Assembly: GCA_907165135.1 (NCBI GenBank)
Contig: OU015566.1
Span: forward strand, 2,356,001 to 2,420,000
Origin: Oikopleura dioica
Taxonomy: Eukaryota; Animalia; Chordata
Length of the DNA stretch: 64,000 nt
Direction of reading: 5' to 3'
Below, one piece after another: positions 50,601 through 61,655 of the stretch (position 1 is the stretch's first letter; the number at the start of each line of letters is the position of its first letter). A program made the translations under genes and the position numbers. Below the pieces are notes generated by a model. The model searched no databases and had not been told where the DNA came from. It worked only from the letters and a program-made list of their open reading frames with translations.

Positions 50601-50873
50601 TCTTTCTAGACTTTTTTAGACGCTTTTTAGGGGGCAACTACCTGCGCAACCCACTGTAATCTAAAGTTCTCTTATCTGTAGCGCCAGTCAAAAACCGCCT
50701 TTTTTCGAAAAAAGCTGTTTCTACCACCTTAATATAGAATCATTACATGATTTTTGCCTCCGACTGCAGTTTTGATCATTTTAGCCCTATAATTTAGTTT
50801 GTTACCTCAGATTGTACATTGAAACCATTATCATTAAAATTGATATAAGAAGAAACGAGCTGTCGCGCAGCAT
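47612..50873 (-). CDS. Galactose-3-O-sulfotransferase family protein
   Basis: Type II anchor; VVYVKTHKTASSTLQNIIFRYG|LKHDLKIAMP; FYYPKPF; IIANHLR; FDLVLLSDYFQESMVLLKNELCW; RDWNSFDNAIYQHFNSTFW. Confidence 0.9.
49239..49606. mobile_element. Inverted-repeat element inside a Gal3ST intron; TSD not found
   Basis: CCTGACT.TGT.GTGAA.GTCGTGAAT...TGTCGTGGC at the left, inverted at the right. Confidence 0.5.
49630..50070. repeat. Cluster of (T)AGCGGAGC repeats, probably hAT-type subterminal repeats
   Basis: About ten AGCGGAGC/GTAGCG motifs; similar GAGCGGAGTGG motifs occur in the element at 62393-63299. Confidence 0.55.
50251..50728. mobile_element. Kolobok-type MITE family A, copy 2 (candidate TE-derived intron)
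   Basis: TTAA at 50247-50250 and 50729-50732; family A TIR; minus-strand 5' end reads AG|GTGGTAG. Confidence 0.9.
50525..50656. mobile_element. Tc1/mariner-type MITE nested in family A copy 2
   Basis: TA TSD; TIR CAGT.GGTTGCGCAGGTAGTTGCCCC. Confidence 0.88.
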
Positions 50874-50984
50874 GAGATTAAATTTAATTCGCTCTTCAGT
50901 CATTCTATAAGAAAACTAATCGCAAATGAGTCCCAAGTATTATGCCTTTGACTAGACGCCGAAAAATAAATCAGGATTTGTTAA

Positions 50985-51684
50985 CGGGGAGTATCACGGA
51001 TTTTGGGCTAAAGGGGGGTCGGAGATTTGCTCTCATTTCTACATCAGCTTAGCTAACGGTAAAATTCCGCCTGTGACAGATAGATATGACCAATTTCCAT
51101 TGCTGTTTTTTTGGAATTTTAATTTACTCAATCGAGTATTGCAGAAGAGAGCTAAGAGTCAAACTCGTTTTTGAAAAGTCGCGATTTCCGCCTCTCGCAG
51201 GATTAAAATTTTCTTAAGAAGAATAAGTCTGATCATTAAATTCCCAGTGGATTCATGAAGATCATTACCTTATCTAATGCTGTTTTCGAGGAAATGTTGT
51301 GAGCCAAAAAAATTCTTAAAAAATTTTTTTTTGAAAAATGTGTGTCGAAGATTCAAATTCGAAAATAAAGATAATGTGGAATATGAAGATTATTTTTTTT
51401 TGTTTAGAAAGAAAAATAAATTATTTTGAATTTTAAAGACATCTGTGACTTTTTTATGCATTATTAATAAGTATATAAAAAAAAAATTGCTAAGACTAAG
51501 AAAAACTTCCATTCTCGCTCATTCCTTTAAAGCGCAAGTATAACTTTCAATGCCATTTTTGACGGACTTTTGGAAAAATTAAAAAAAGTGATAAATATAT
51601 TTTTTGTTAGTCAAGACCTGAGCTTTGAAAATCCGAAGAGATTTAACCAAAATTCCGACTTTCCCAAATCCGTGATACTCCTCC
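50985..51684. mobile_element. Kolobok-type MITE family C
   Basis: TTAA at both ends; TIR GGGGAGTATCACGGATTT; a solo end of the same family at about 2190-2218. Confidence 0.8.
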
Positions 51685-52035
51685 TTAATTAGCATTTTTA
51701 ATATATCTTGTCGGTTTTTCTCTTATTTTATACAAAAATTTAAAAGCGGATCAAATTTCAAATAAAAATGATGTCTTGATTTGTATCGTCGAAATTCTTT
51801 CAACACGGATAATGGTTATCTGCTAGCTTTTGCAAAAGAAAAATGTGTTATTTTGCCCAACCGCACCCAACCGCTACCTACTGGTTTTTCCCTGCCGGCA
51901 GTTGTTATTTTCCCGCTAGGCCAAGGTTGGAGCAAGTCTCGGTCTGAGACCATAAGTAAACAGAATCAAAGGTCACATTTAGCTCGAGATCAGAATCAAG
52001 CTTAACCCCGGATCAGCCCTTAAAGTGTATATATA

Positions 52036-52777
52036 CAGTGTAAACCCATTTTTAGGCCCCTTTTTGGATGACAGCGAATTTCAAAAGTGGCCTAAAAATG
52101 GATATTTTTTGCCTTTCGTCTGATGACAACAAACTTTCCCATATTTTTGGGACAAAAATTAATCATAAGGGTTTAAAGGGAAAGGCCCGAGTCTACCGCA
52201 TGTTTCTGTCGCCCGAACAAAGTAGGATTTCAAATGTGTTCTTTAAATTGGACTCTTGATGATTCAAAGACCTCTCCTTTCAAAAATATTTTTCTGCCAA
52301 CATATCTGAGAAATGGATCAAAAATCTCCGTCGAAATCTTCATGCACTTGAACCCAGCCATCTTCAAGCGATCATGGATCAACACAGGACTACTTCAAGA
52401 AGATTATTTTCGAGAAGAAATCGAGCAGTTTGAAGATCTCGATATTGCAGAAAATGTTCTGGACAAACAAGAAGAAGAATTGGTCGAGCATTTTCTAGAG
52501 CTTCAAATTGATGAAACACGTTCTGTGACTCCGATAAAGATTGGAGAAAAGCCTCAAGTTCAAGTGACAGACATTGCCGACACTAAAAAACCATCGACTT
52601 CAATATGGCCGAAGACACAGTCGATGATCACTAGCTTTGACAAGCAAAACTGTTACTTTCGGATTTAAAAAAAATAAAAAAAAGTGGCCTTAAAGTGGAT
52701 TTTTTAGGATGACAGATTTCGACGACTTTCTAAAAAAGTGGCCTTAAAATGACGGGCCTAAAAATGGGTTTTCACTG
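52036..52777. mobile_element. Internally deleted pogo/Tigger-like element
   Basis: TA TSD; TIR CAGTG.AAACCCATTTTTAGGCCC; internal frame PAIFKRSWINTGL plus acidic tail resembles a pogo transposase C-terminus. Confidence 0.7.
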
Positions 52778-53850
52778 TAGTAAATATAGTCGACCAAAAA
52801 AAAAAGAATGGTGAAGCTTCGCCAAATATGGAAATCAAAGGCGTAGAATCCGAATCTATCGTCGAAAAAGACTTTTATTGTAAAAAAGCGGCCCGGTTCT
52901 GCAAATAACAGAACCTTATTTCGTTAATACAATTCACCAATTTCAATTTTTTGTTGGTCCATATGTTCACGGGCTGAACCGGGGATTATATTTGCTCAAG
53001 GTCTCACACGAAAACTTGCTTCCACCTTGGCCCAGAACCAGACTCTACAGGAGTTCGCACCGTCGGCGTGGTCCTTTGCATCGATTGACTCTCGGCTTGA
53101 CACCTCCCGTGCCTTGGCCTCGCGTGCGGAGCGGGTAAGCGCGCAATAAATCAGTCTATAATCTTTGAAGAAAATGTTTTTGGAAAATAATGTTTTTTGC
53201 AAAATGTTAAAAATTCGTTCTGAAAATTTCTTGGTCTCTCGACATAATCAAGGGATACGGGCCTTCGAAAATCTTTCTTTTGCTGATTTCACGCGCGCTG
53301 GTCCTATTTATTCACCTTTAGCCTATAGGCTAAACGCTATGGCCTGTGTATTTTGAGGAACACGATTATTTCTTTCGTACCCGTTCAATTTTAAAATCAT
53401 TGAAAAAATTGATGAAAAATGGTTCTATTCTCTCTACCGTCAGATTTTAATCTATTCTTATTTTCGATGAAGCTACCTAAAATATCATTGTGAAAGAACT
53501 TGAGCGCAAAATATCAATGTTATTCCGAGATAACCAGAACTCAATAAAAGAGCTCAGCTTAACCCATCTTTGCCCGTATGACTTCACTCAAGACGCGTAA
53601 GCTTAACGTTCATGCGTCATTTATGATAGTCAGTTGAGCAAAAAGCTCTTAGATCCGATGTATGGAAAATATATCGTTTACCTCGTTTGGGTCTTCGTAG
53701 GGAGAAGTTTGCAAGGGACAAAGCTCCCTAGGTAAGGCGTTAGGGTTAGGATTTAAGAACCTTTTTAGGGAGGTCACAGGGGGCAAATTTCACGAGTTAT
53801 TGTAAGATTCAAGGGAAGGACTAGAAGTCAATTCCTACTGTAGAAAAGAT

Positions 53851-54186
53851 CAGTTATTTATAGAATTTTCGGACATCAAATTTTTGGAGATATCCCGTAC
53901 CGAACGATTTATCTTTATATTTTCTATCAGTTGTGTCATGTTTGTGATCAAATATCTCAATTATTCTATGAAAAAGAGAAAAAAAGGGTCTTTTGCGTGC
54001 CATAAGCATTATTTTATTTCTTTTGAAGAATTTATGAAAATGGATTTTCGAATTCTTCCTAGATAAAAATTTTTTTAGCAATTTGGATGAGACATTCTAT
54101 TGAAAGCATGTTTTTAATTTTTGGACATTTTTGTGAAAATCGTGCGACAAAAAATATCCGGAAAATCCATCATTAACTAAAAACTG
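53851..54186. mobile_element. Tc1-type MITE related to 14060-14469
   Basis: CAGTTATTTATAGAATTTTCGGACATCAAATT ... AAACTG|TA. Confidence 0.65.
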
Positions 54187-54991
54187 TACCGAAATATTAT
54201 TCCCCACTTCCCTTCAATCTGGTAAAGATTAAGGTTATGTTAAGATTTTTGTATAAATTAAATACAATTTGTCAATAGCCCTTGTCGTTTTTTTAACCTT
54301 ATTACAACAAATGTGCGATATATGGCATAAAAACTTTCAAACGCCCATTTTCCTCTTTTCTATCACTTCAGTTTCTTCGATTTCATTCATTTTCGGTCAC
54401 TGGTTTGGGATTGAGACAAGGTTTATGCTCGAGTTTAAGTTTCGGGCTCTGTTTTGGTTCAGGTTTAGTTTTGGGCATTCTATTGGTCAAAAGATGGTGT
54501 TAAAGTCCATGTGCCATATATTGCACAATTGTCGTCGGCGGGTAAAATTCATGTTTGTCGTTGTAAGGTTAAGATAGAACAGTTTAACTAAAGAGTAGAG
54601 CCAAGTTAAAAATAACGAGTTTGATCTATCAGGTATTGACTATCACTAATAGGCTATCAGTTGGGACCAGATAGGAAAATGATATTGCGAGGAAAATATT
54701 GTCCGCGAAAAATTTTGATTATAAAAGAGATTTATTTAAAAAGATCGATCATAAATTTTTTGAAATATTAGAGATAAATTAATGGTCGAGATTTTCTCTT
54801 GAATAATTTAATCCAACATAATTATTTGTTTAAATTTTCGAATAATCGTCGATACGCTGAGCGCCATAGGCTTGTTGATTTTTAAGAATCAACGTTGCGA
54901 GAATGGGTTAAGATATTTTTGTTGAAGAACTTGAGCGCTAGTAAGCAAAATAGCGTCGACGATTCCAAAATCAAAACTTGAATTTCAAATA

Positions 54992-57835
54992 ATGTCTTAC
55001 TTTAGAAGCGTTCCATTTTTGAATATTTTTTTCTTGATTCTATTTATTCTGTCATATAATAACGTTTTTTTGAAAATTGAGCAAAATTATGATGTCCATA
55101 ATCATAGAGAGGATAGAATCAAGAATATCCATGATGAAAAGAAGCTTAAGTTTTTCGTCGATCACGGGACTTTTGATCCAGCATCTACAAATACGACACC
55201 CTATGAGATCCTCTCTTCACCGAATGGGAGTTTAAAGGACATCGACATTATGTTCGGTTTGAAAACTGTTTTACAGAATCGTAATATGAGAGACAAAATT
55301 CGAAAGTCCTTTGGCAATCCCGAATTATACCGAGAAAAATACAAAGTTAAATTTGTTTTTCTACTCGGAAAAAAGGATGAAACCGATGAAAATTTTATCC
55401 TCGACGAGCAATATCTCTTCGACGACATTCTTTATGGAAATTTCCAAGATTCCTACTGGAACTTGACGTACAAGGAGATTATGTTCTACACTTGGACGGA
55501 GCAAAAGGCGCCAAATGTCAAATTTGTCTATCGAGGCGACGATGATAATTTTTTGAACCCGCTTGGATTGATGAAATTTTTCGACGAGCATTGGAGCCAA
55601 GCCGACGCAGAACCAGCTTTGTGGGGTGGAATAATGAGAGAAAATGATTCGTTGCTTGGTCAAGGAATGACAGTGGAAGAAATAAGAAAAGACAGAAAAG
55701 CTGATATGTAAGTCAAAAGACATAAGATCTCATTCAAAAGTCTTTTTTCTTCTTATGTTGTTTTCCGCCATTTATCAATTCAAGTCAATTTCTTAGGTGG
55801 CCAGGATGGACGTTCCCCCCATATCCTGCTGGTTCGGGTCAAATCATTAACAGAAACGCTTTATTCGTCTTAGGAAGTCAGATGCAGCATACTCCAATAA
55901 CTTCGATTGATGATGCCTTTGTTGGAATCTGTATGCTGTACGCTGGCTTCGAACACAGGCTCTTCAATCACGACGGTTTCATCTACTGGGGAATTGGAGA
56001 CAATGATAACATTTGCTCTGTGGTTAAATCTATAAGCATCCATTATCCGAAGTTTGATTATGAGTGCATGATCAATAGAATAAATTTTTATGCTGATAGA
56101 TGTGACCGTCAAGACAAATTAGAAATTTCCGCTTCTTGCAATTGGTATGACATGAGTTTCTCCCCGCCGAATATCGACGGACCGATGTACCAACGGTGCG
56201 GCCTTCGATTCAATAACAGCAGATGTAGCACCAACAGGCTCCTGGATCGACATTTTAAAACGAATTATAATGAGTTAATTTTCTTTCTCTATCGAGAAAA
56301 AAAGACGAGCGTACTGATACAGACATTTTTGAACAGCTTTAATAACTTTTACTTTAATCTCTATCTAACAAAAATGAAATAAGATTTCTTAATTAAATAA
56401 GAGATAATATTCTTATTCCTAATGGAGAGCCAAAAACAGAGATGATTGGGCTATTCGAAAACCCGAAAATGGTCCATGTTGCAGCACGAATGGCTACTGT
56501 GTGTCAACAAAATGGGATTGCTCGTGCCCAGATTGCGTGGATTTTCTTGAACTTGAAAATTGTAAGAGAATTTACACTTTTTCTGAAAGCTCATTCGAGA
56601 ACACTTAAGGGTATGGTACGCGCGGAGGCCCAAAGCAGAGGCAATCTCCTCCGGCCCTTTCAATGCTGGGAAGGTGTACTACAGCTCAAAATAAAGTTCT
56701 ATCCTTGATTCTGATTTACACAAGATTTTTTAAATCCAAACAAAAAAGTCACGTGCAGATGGCTCAAAATTGTCGTCTCAGTCAAAAAGCGCGAAATAAG
56801 CCTATATTCATAGGAGATCTCCTCTGAAGTTACCTTAGGAAACCCCGCCGATTCTGTTTTATAGTGACGTTTAGACCCTCATCATTAATATGACACGAGC
56901 TTTTTTTGATTCGTCAATATTTCTTATGAAAAAATTTCAAGAGTAGAAAGATACTCATTTTTCGGCTCTTTGGCCCCGTGAATCGCCCCCAGGGCATTTC
57001 CCAAAAGGCGCTGTTTTCATTGCAAATAAATGCCGTAAGCATAAGCTTTCCAAAAAGGTATCATAACCAGATTCATAAGGCACCACAAGAAAACGACTCA
57101 AAGTTGTCAAAATTTTAGAATTTGTGCCTTTTACACATAATGCACTATTTTTCTCCACTTTCAATTGGAATTTAAGGGAAAATGGGCGAAGAAAGCGCAA
57201 AACTCCAAAAGAGTTTTTTGTCTCAAATTTTACGGAGAGTCCAAAAAACTTACCAAGAGAAAATTTGAAACTTGACCCTGTGCGAGTTCCATACCCTTTA
57301 TTTAAACTAAAATTTGTGGAGCAACGTTAATTTTCATTTGAAGATAAAAATGAAGTTGTCGATCATGAGAAGGATGTCACATGCTGTTCATTGGTTCGAG
57401 TTCATACGAAAATGCTTTTTAGGTTCAGAGTTATCAGTAAAATGAATAATATATCTAAGTTTGCTGAATTATCACTGCACATTTATTCAAGATTATTGCA
57501 GTTTGACCCCCAAAAAGATAATCCTAACTCCCTGTAGAGGTATTTACCGAAAAATCATAATCGATGGAGAAGAAGCTCAATACGTCTCTCAAGAGGTTTC
57601 GAAAGAAAAACCTATTTTCAAGCTCGTTTTTGGGAAATTCAGCTCGGGGGAATCGGGTTGGCATATTTTGACAGTTCAAAATGACGCATACATTCCATTC
57701 CATGCTTTTGGAGAATCAACTAGCAAGACAAACTGCCCAAAAAAGCTGATCGGTTATGGACCTTACGTTGGAGAAGAAGCGGACGTTTATTGTTATCACG
57801 ACAAATACGACTATTTGTCGATAGCGGGATTATGA
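54992..57835 (+). CDS. GT31 (B3GALT-like) glycosyltransferase with C-terminal hevein-like and unknown Cys domains
   Basis: VKFVFLLG, DDILYGNFQDSYWNLTYKE, YRGDDD, WPGWTFPPYPAGSG, IDDAFVGIC; then NGPCCSTNGYCVSTKWDCSCPDCVD and TCCSLVRVHTKMLFR|GIY; the link near 56200-56420 is inferred. Confidence 0.75.
56609..57296. mobile_element. Kolobok-type element G (intronic)
   Basis: TTAA|GGGTATGGTACGCGC ... GCGAGTTCCATACCC|TTTA. Confidence 0.6.
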
Positions 57836-58600
57836 TCAATTAAAAACCATCTTATTCTTTTAACACAGAATCTTTTTATCATATATATCTACTATATTCC
57901 GAAGTTAAAACCGAATCCTTTTTGTTTTAAATTTATGACCGCATTTTAAGAATAAATAAATATTCTTTTGTTGACTGAAAAACTTTTTTTCTGTGAACCT
58001 AGGCCAATGTAAAAAATGAGGTTGATCTTTTGTTTCGGCATCTTTCCGAACTTTAAAAATGTTTGCTATTAATGTTTCTAAATTCATGATAAGCGCAAAA
58101 AATGCTTTCGAATGATGTATATAACTCCCATGTGATTGCGTCCTCACCCTCATTTTCCTATAGAAAAGATATAGTCCGGACAAACAATTTGCACTATTTG
58201 GTGCATTTAAGGGCTTGCAATTACACGGATTAAAGAGGAAATCCCCGAAAACAAATCAGTATAATTGCGAGCCCTGACTGTATTATAGGCTATAATTTAT
58301 ACCAGATTTTTCCATGGGTTGTTCAAAGCTTCGACTTCCACCCCCCTGAGATATCTTCCAGGTGTTGCGCTCCATAAATTTCTGGTATCATGTGGCTAAT
58401 CGCAAATTAATCAGTCCACTTTGCTCTCACATTGAGCTTCCCTCCGCGAGTTCGTTCGAACTCTTTTCGGAGGACCTCTCTTTGCGCCTTCATGCGGTTA
58501 ATGCTGACTTAAAACTTGCTTGACCTCCGATCCTATATTATGCATTGATCATCGTTGTCTCTACCAAAAGATATATTTATTTTTTGTAGCAGGATAATTT

Positions 58601-61479
58601 TCAGTAAGGATTATTGAGTATTCCATGGAAACAGACGATTTCTCCTCCAGTTCCTTCTAATTTCGTCGGCGGAGGACATTTTTCGTTGCCGGAATCTCTC
58701 GCCCAAGCATACAAACCTCTTCCGTAGTAAGCAGCATAATTATCTCCAAAAAGGATCGATGCGTACCACATTTTCCCTGCCCCGAGATCACCAAATTGTA
58801 TTCGCGCTTTCGCAATTTTTTCTACTTTTCTTGCAGATTGATAGACAATCGATCCATTGATACTCGCCCGAAGATAAATACCCCTATGAAGCATGTCAGT
58901 GTTAATGACTTTGATCATCGGGCAGCAGGATTTTCCAGTCACGTGGTTTTCAAAATATCGTTGATTTCTCGCAACTTTTTTCGCGTCGGAGCATTTTCGA
59001 CAATCGCAGTCCCATCTTCGCGCGACACAGTACCCTGCAGGGCTACAACATGACCCGTTTGTCATCAATTCGATCGGCTCATCTAACTCGGGCTTGGCGA
59101 GTGTGGCATATTTCGGTCCTCTGAAAATTGGGACTTCCAGACTGCTTGTATACCAATTCTTAAGAGAGTAGATATCAAGATCGCCTTTTCAAGCTGATTT
59201 ATCTTATCAAGAGAAAAATTCTTTAAGGACCCCCGGTCAACAATTTACCTAAAAATCGAAAATTTCAAAATGCCATATTTTGGCTTCTTAGTGTGCCTGG
59301 AAGTTCAATTCATCATAAAAACTTGTTCGGACCACATTTTGACCAAGAAAAATTTTAGCAAAATTGGGACTCTTTCGTCATTTTTCGTCAAAAGTCCGAT
59401 TTTCAAACTCGATTTAGAGGTTGTTAGAGTCGAGATAGACCCCCAAAAAATGAAGCCTCAAAATCGTTTTTTGACCCGTATAATCAATTTCCGGGGTCAA
59501 AATTTTGAAATTCCGAAAATAGATTTTTCGTAAATTGTTGACGAAGGGGTCCTTAACTATAAATTTAGACTATAATCACTATATTATAAATTATAATTAG
59601 AATTCGATCAAAATTGTTTTTGGATGATTTTGAAAAGATCTGCCGCAAATTATCGCTTCTTTATGTCTACTCCCTTAAGGGGGTGGTGGTCGAGACTAAG
59701 ACTTTTTTCAACCTAAAAAACTCTAATTTTTTCAAAAATTTTTTTTTCTATTATTGAAAATAAGTTGAAAAGGGTTCAATTTATGTGGGCGGCTATGTTT
59801 GAAAAAAATATTTTTTCGAAAAAATTGTGAAAAATTCCTTCAAAGTAGAGCCATCTCTTGACCTAAAAAACTCTATCCCCTTATCATTTTTCTCAAAATA
59901 AAACTACACGGGAGGAAAGTTTGAACCCTTTAGCGTGTGGGCGGCTTAGTTTAACAAAGTTTACTTCGTTAGAAAAATAACTAGTAATTGAATGAAAACA
60001 TATTGTTTTCTGAAAAATCGTCATTTTCACTCATTTTTTCAATGAAATTTTGGAAAACATCACAATAATCATAATTTCTTGAATTTTAATAATTAAAATA
60101 TGGCTAATTAACATTAGTTAGCAATAAAATATCAATTTTGAGTTGGTTTAAGTGCGAAAAACGCGTTACAAAATTCCCGAAAATGGCGATTTTATAGCAT
60201 AAAATCGAAAATTTTCTTAAGGAAAGTTGGTCCAATCAAAAAAGCTAGGGACCAAAAATGCTCCTTTTTTATCAAGGAATCTAAAAATAATATCAAAATT
60301 TTAAAAAGTCGAAAAAAATTTTCTTGACCACCACCCCCTTAAAGAAGCAAGATGGTTGCGATCGAATGTTTGGGTTTTCTTTGCATTCGCTCGCGTATTT
60401 GAAAACAGTGTCAAGCATGCACTCGTAGTCGAACTTTGCATAATGCAAAGTGATGCCATTGACCAGTTTGCAAATCGGCGTATTATCTTCTATCGGAAAC
60501 GCGAGAAATCGATCATCGTGGAAAATTCGATGCTCTAAATCCATTTTCTTGAAGACGATTCCTTCAAAGACATCATCAATAATTATGAATGGGATAAGCT
60601 GCATTTGACTCTGGAGCATGAAGAGTGCTTTTCGGTTCAGAAATCCACCTGATCCAGAAACCCACGCTGGATACTTTGGATGCGGCCACCTTTTTAAGGG
60701 TGTCAACTGTCTTAATGAAAAATATTCTCAATAGTTAATTATTTTATAATTTATAAAGTAAAATAACCACTAAAAATTTTCAAAAGAGCCCTTTCTGACA
60801 AAAATTGATACCCTTAAATTTTGTCTCTGAACTCTTGTTTCGTAATCGTTGAGTCATATCCACTGCCAAATTTCATTCCCCACATTGCCGCCTCATCGTC
60901 AGCGAGGTCCCATTTTTCGTCGAAAAACTCCAATATTTTAAGCGGATTCAGAAAAGTGTCATCATCGCCGCGATAGACAAATTTGACATTTGGTGCGTTT
61001 TGCTTCGTCCAAGAGAAGAACATTTGCTCCTTGACTGTCAAGTTCCAGTAGTTTTCCTTGAACTCGCCATACAAAATATCATCGTGGAGTTGTAGCTCTT
61101 CAAGAATTTCCAGATTTTCATCCCTTTCTCTTTGACCGAGGAGAAAGACAAACTTGACTCTGTATTTATGCTTGTATAAATTCGCGTTTCCGAAAGATCT
61201 TCGTATGACATCTCGTCGTTGACGCTTCGTTGAAACTGTTTTTATGCCGAAAATAATGTCGATATCTTCGAGCTGTTTTTTCGGGGAGTAGAGAATTTTG
61301 TAGGGAAGAATGTTCGTTATTTGAGGGATGTAGGATCCGTTGTTGATAAAAAATTTCAGGTTCGTTTCATCTTTAGAGTCGTTTGTTCTTTTTTCTTGGA
61401 AAAAACCTCTCTGGCTTATCAGAACGAAAAAAGCTAATGAATAAATCAGAAGAAACAGAAATTTTTTTTGGGCAATCAT
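58601..61479 (-). CDS. Paralogous GT31 glycosyltransferase with the same hevein-like C-terminal extension
   Basis: Same GT31 motifs (YRGDDD, WPHPKYPAWVSGSG, IDDVFEGI, FDYECM); last exon NWY...GPKY...NGSCCSPAGYCVARRWDCDCRKCSD...SCCPMIKV...MLHRGIY. Confidence 0.8.
59164..59674. mobile_element. Kolobok-type element F
   Basis: TTAA|GAGAGTAGATAT ... ATGTCTACTCCC|TTAA. Confidence 0.8.
59227..59552. mobile_element. Kolobok-type MITE family B, nested in element F
   Basis: TTAA|GGACCCC ... GGGGTCC|TTAA; second copy at 63442-63776. Confidence 0.88.
59679..60338. mobile_element. Kolobok-type element E, inserted in the TTAA of element F
   Basis: TTAA|GGGGGTGGTGGTC.AGA TIR at both ends. Confidence 0.88.
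60698..60813. mobile_element. Kolobok-type mini element family D (intronic)
   Basis: TTAA|GGGTGTCAA ... TTGATACCC|TTAA. Confidence 0.75.
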
Positions 61480-61655
61480 TTTTTATTTCTATTTTTACCG
61501 GCGCACTCAAACGAGAATCGCCGGTTGTTTTTGCTGACTATTGCACTTGACACCGCATGTAAAATACTGCAAAAACGCAGCTAGCATCTTTTCAAAATAG
61601 CACCTCCAAGACCTAGAACTTCAACAAGAAAATATCGCTCAATACAAGAAATAAG

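Noticed and set aside
52960-53145. GC-rich open frame ending at a GTAAGC donor
   Set aside because: No start, partner exon or recognisable family found
56950-57330. Apparent extra exons in the plus-strand GT31 gene
   Set aside because: Mostly inside TTAA-flanked element G; the flanking exons join in frame without them
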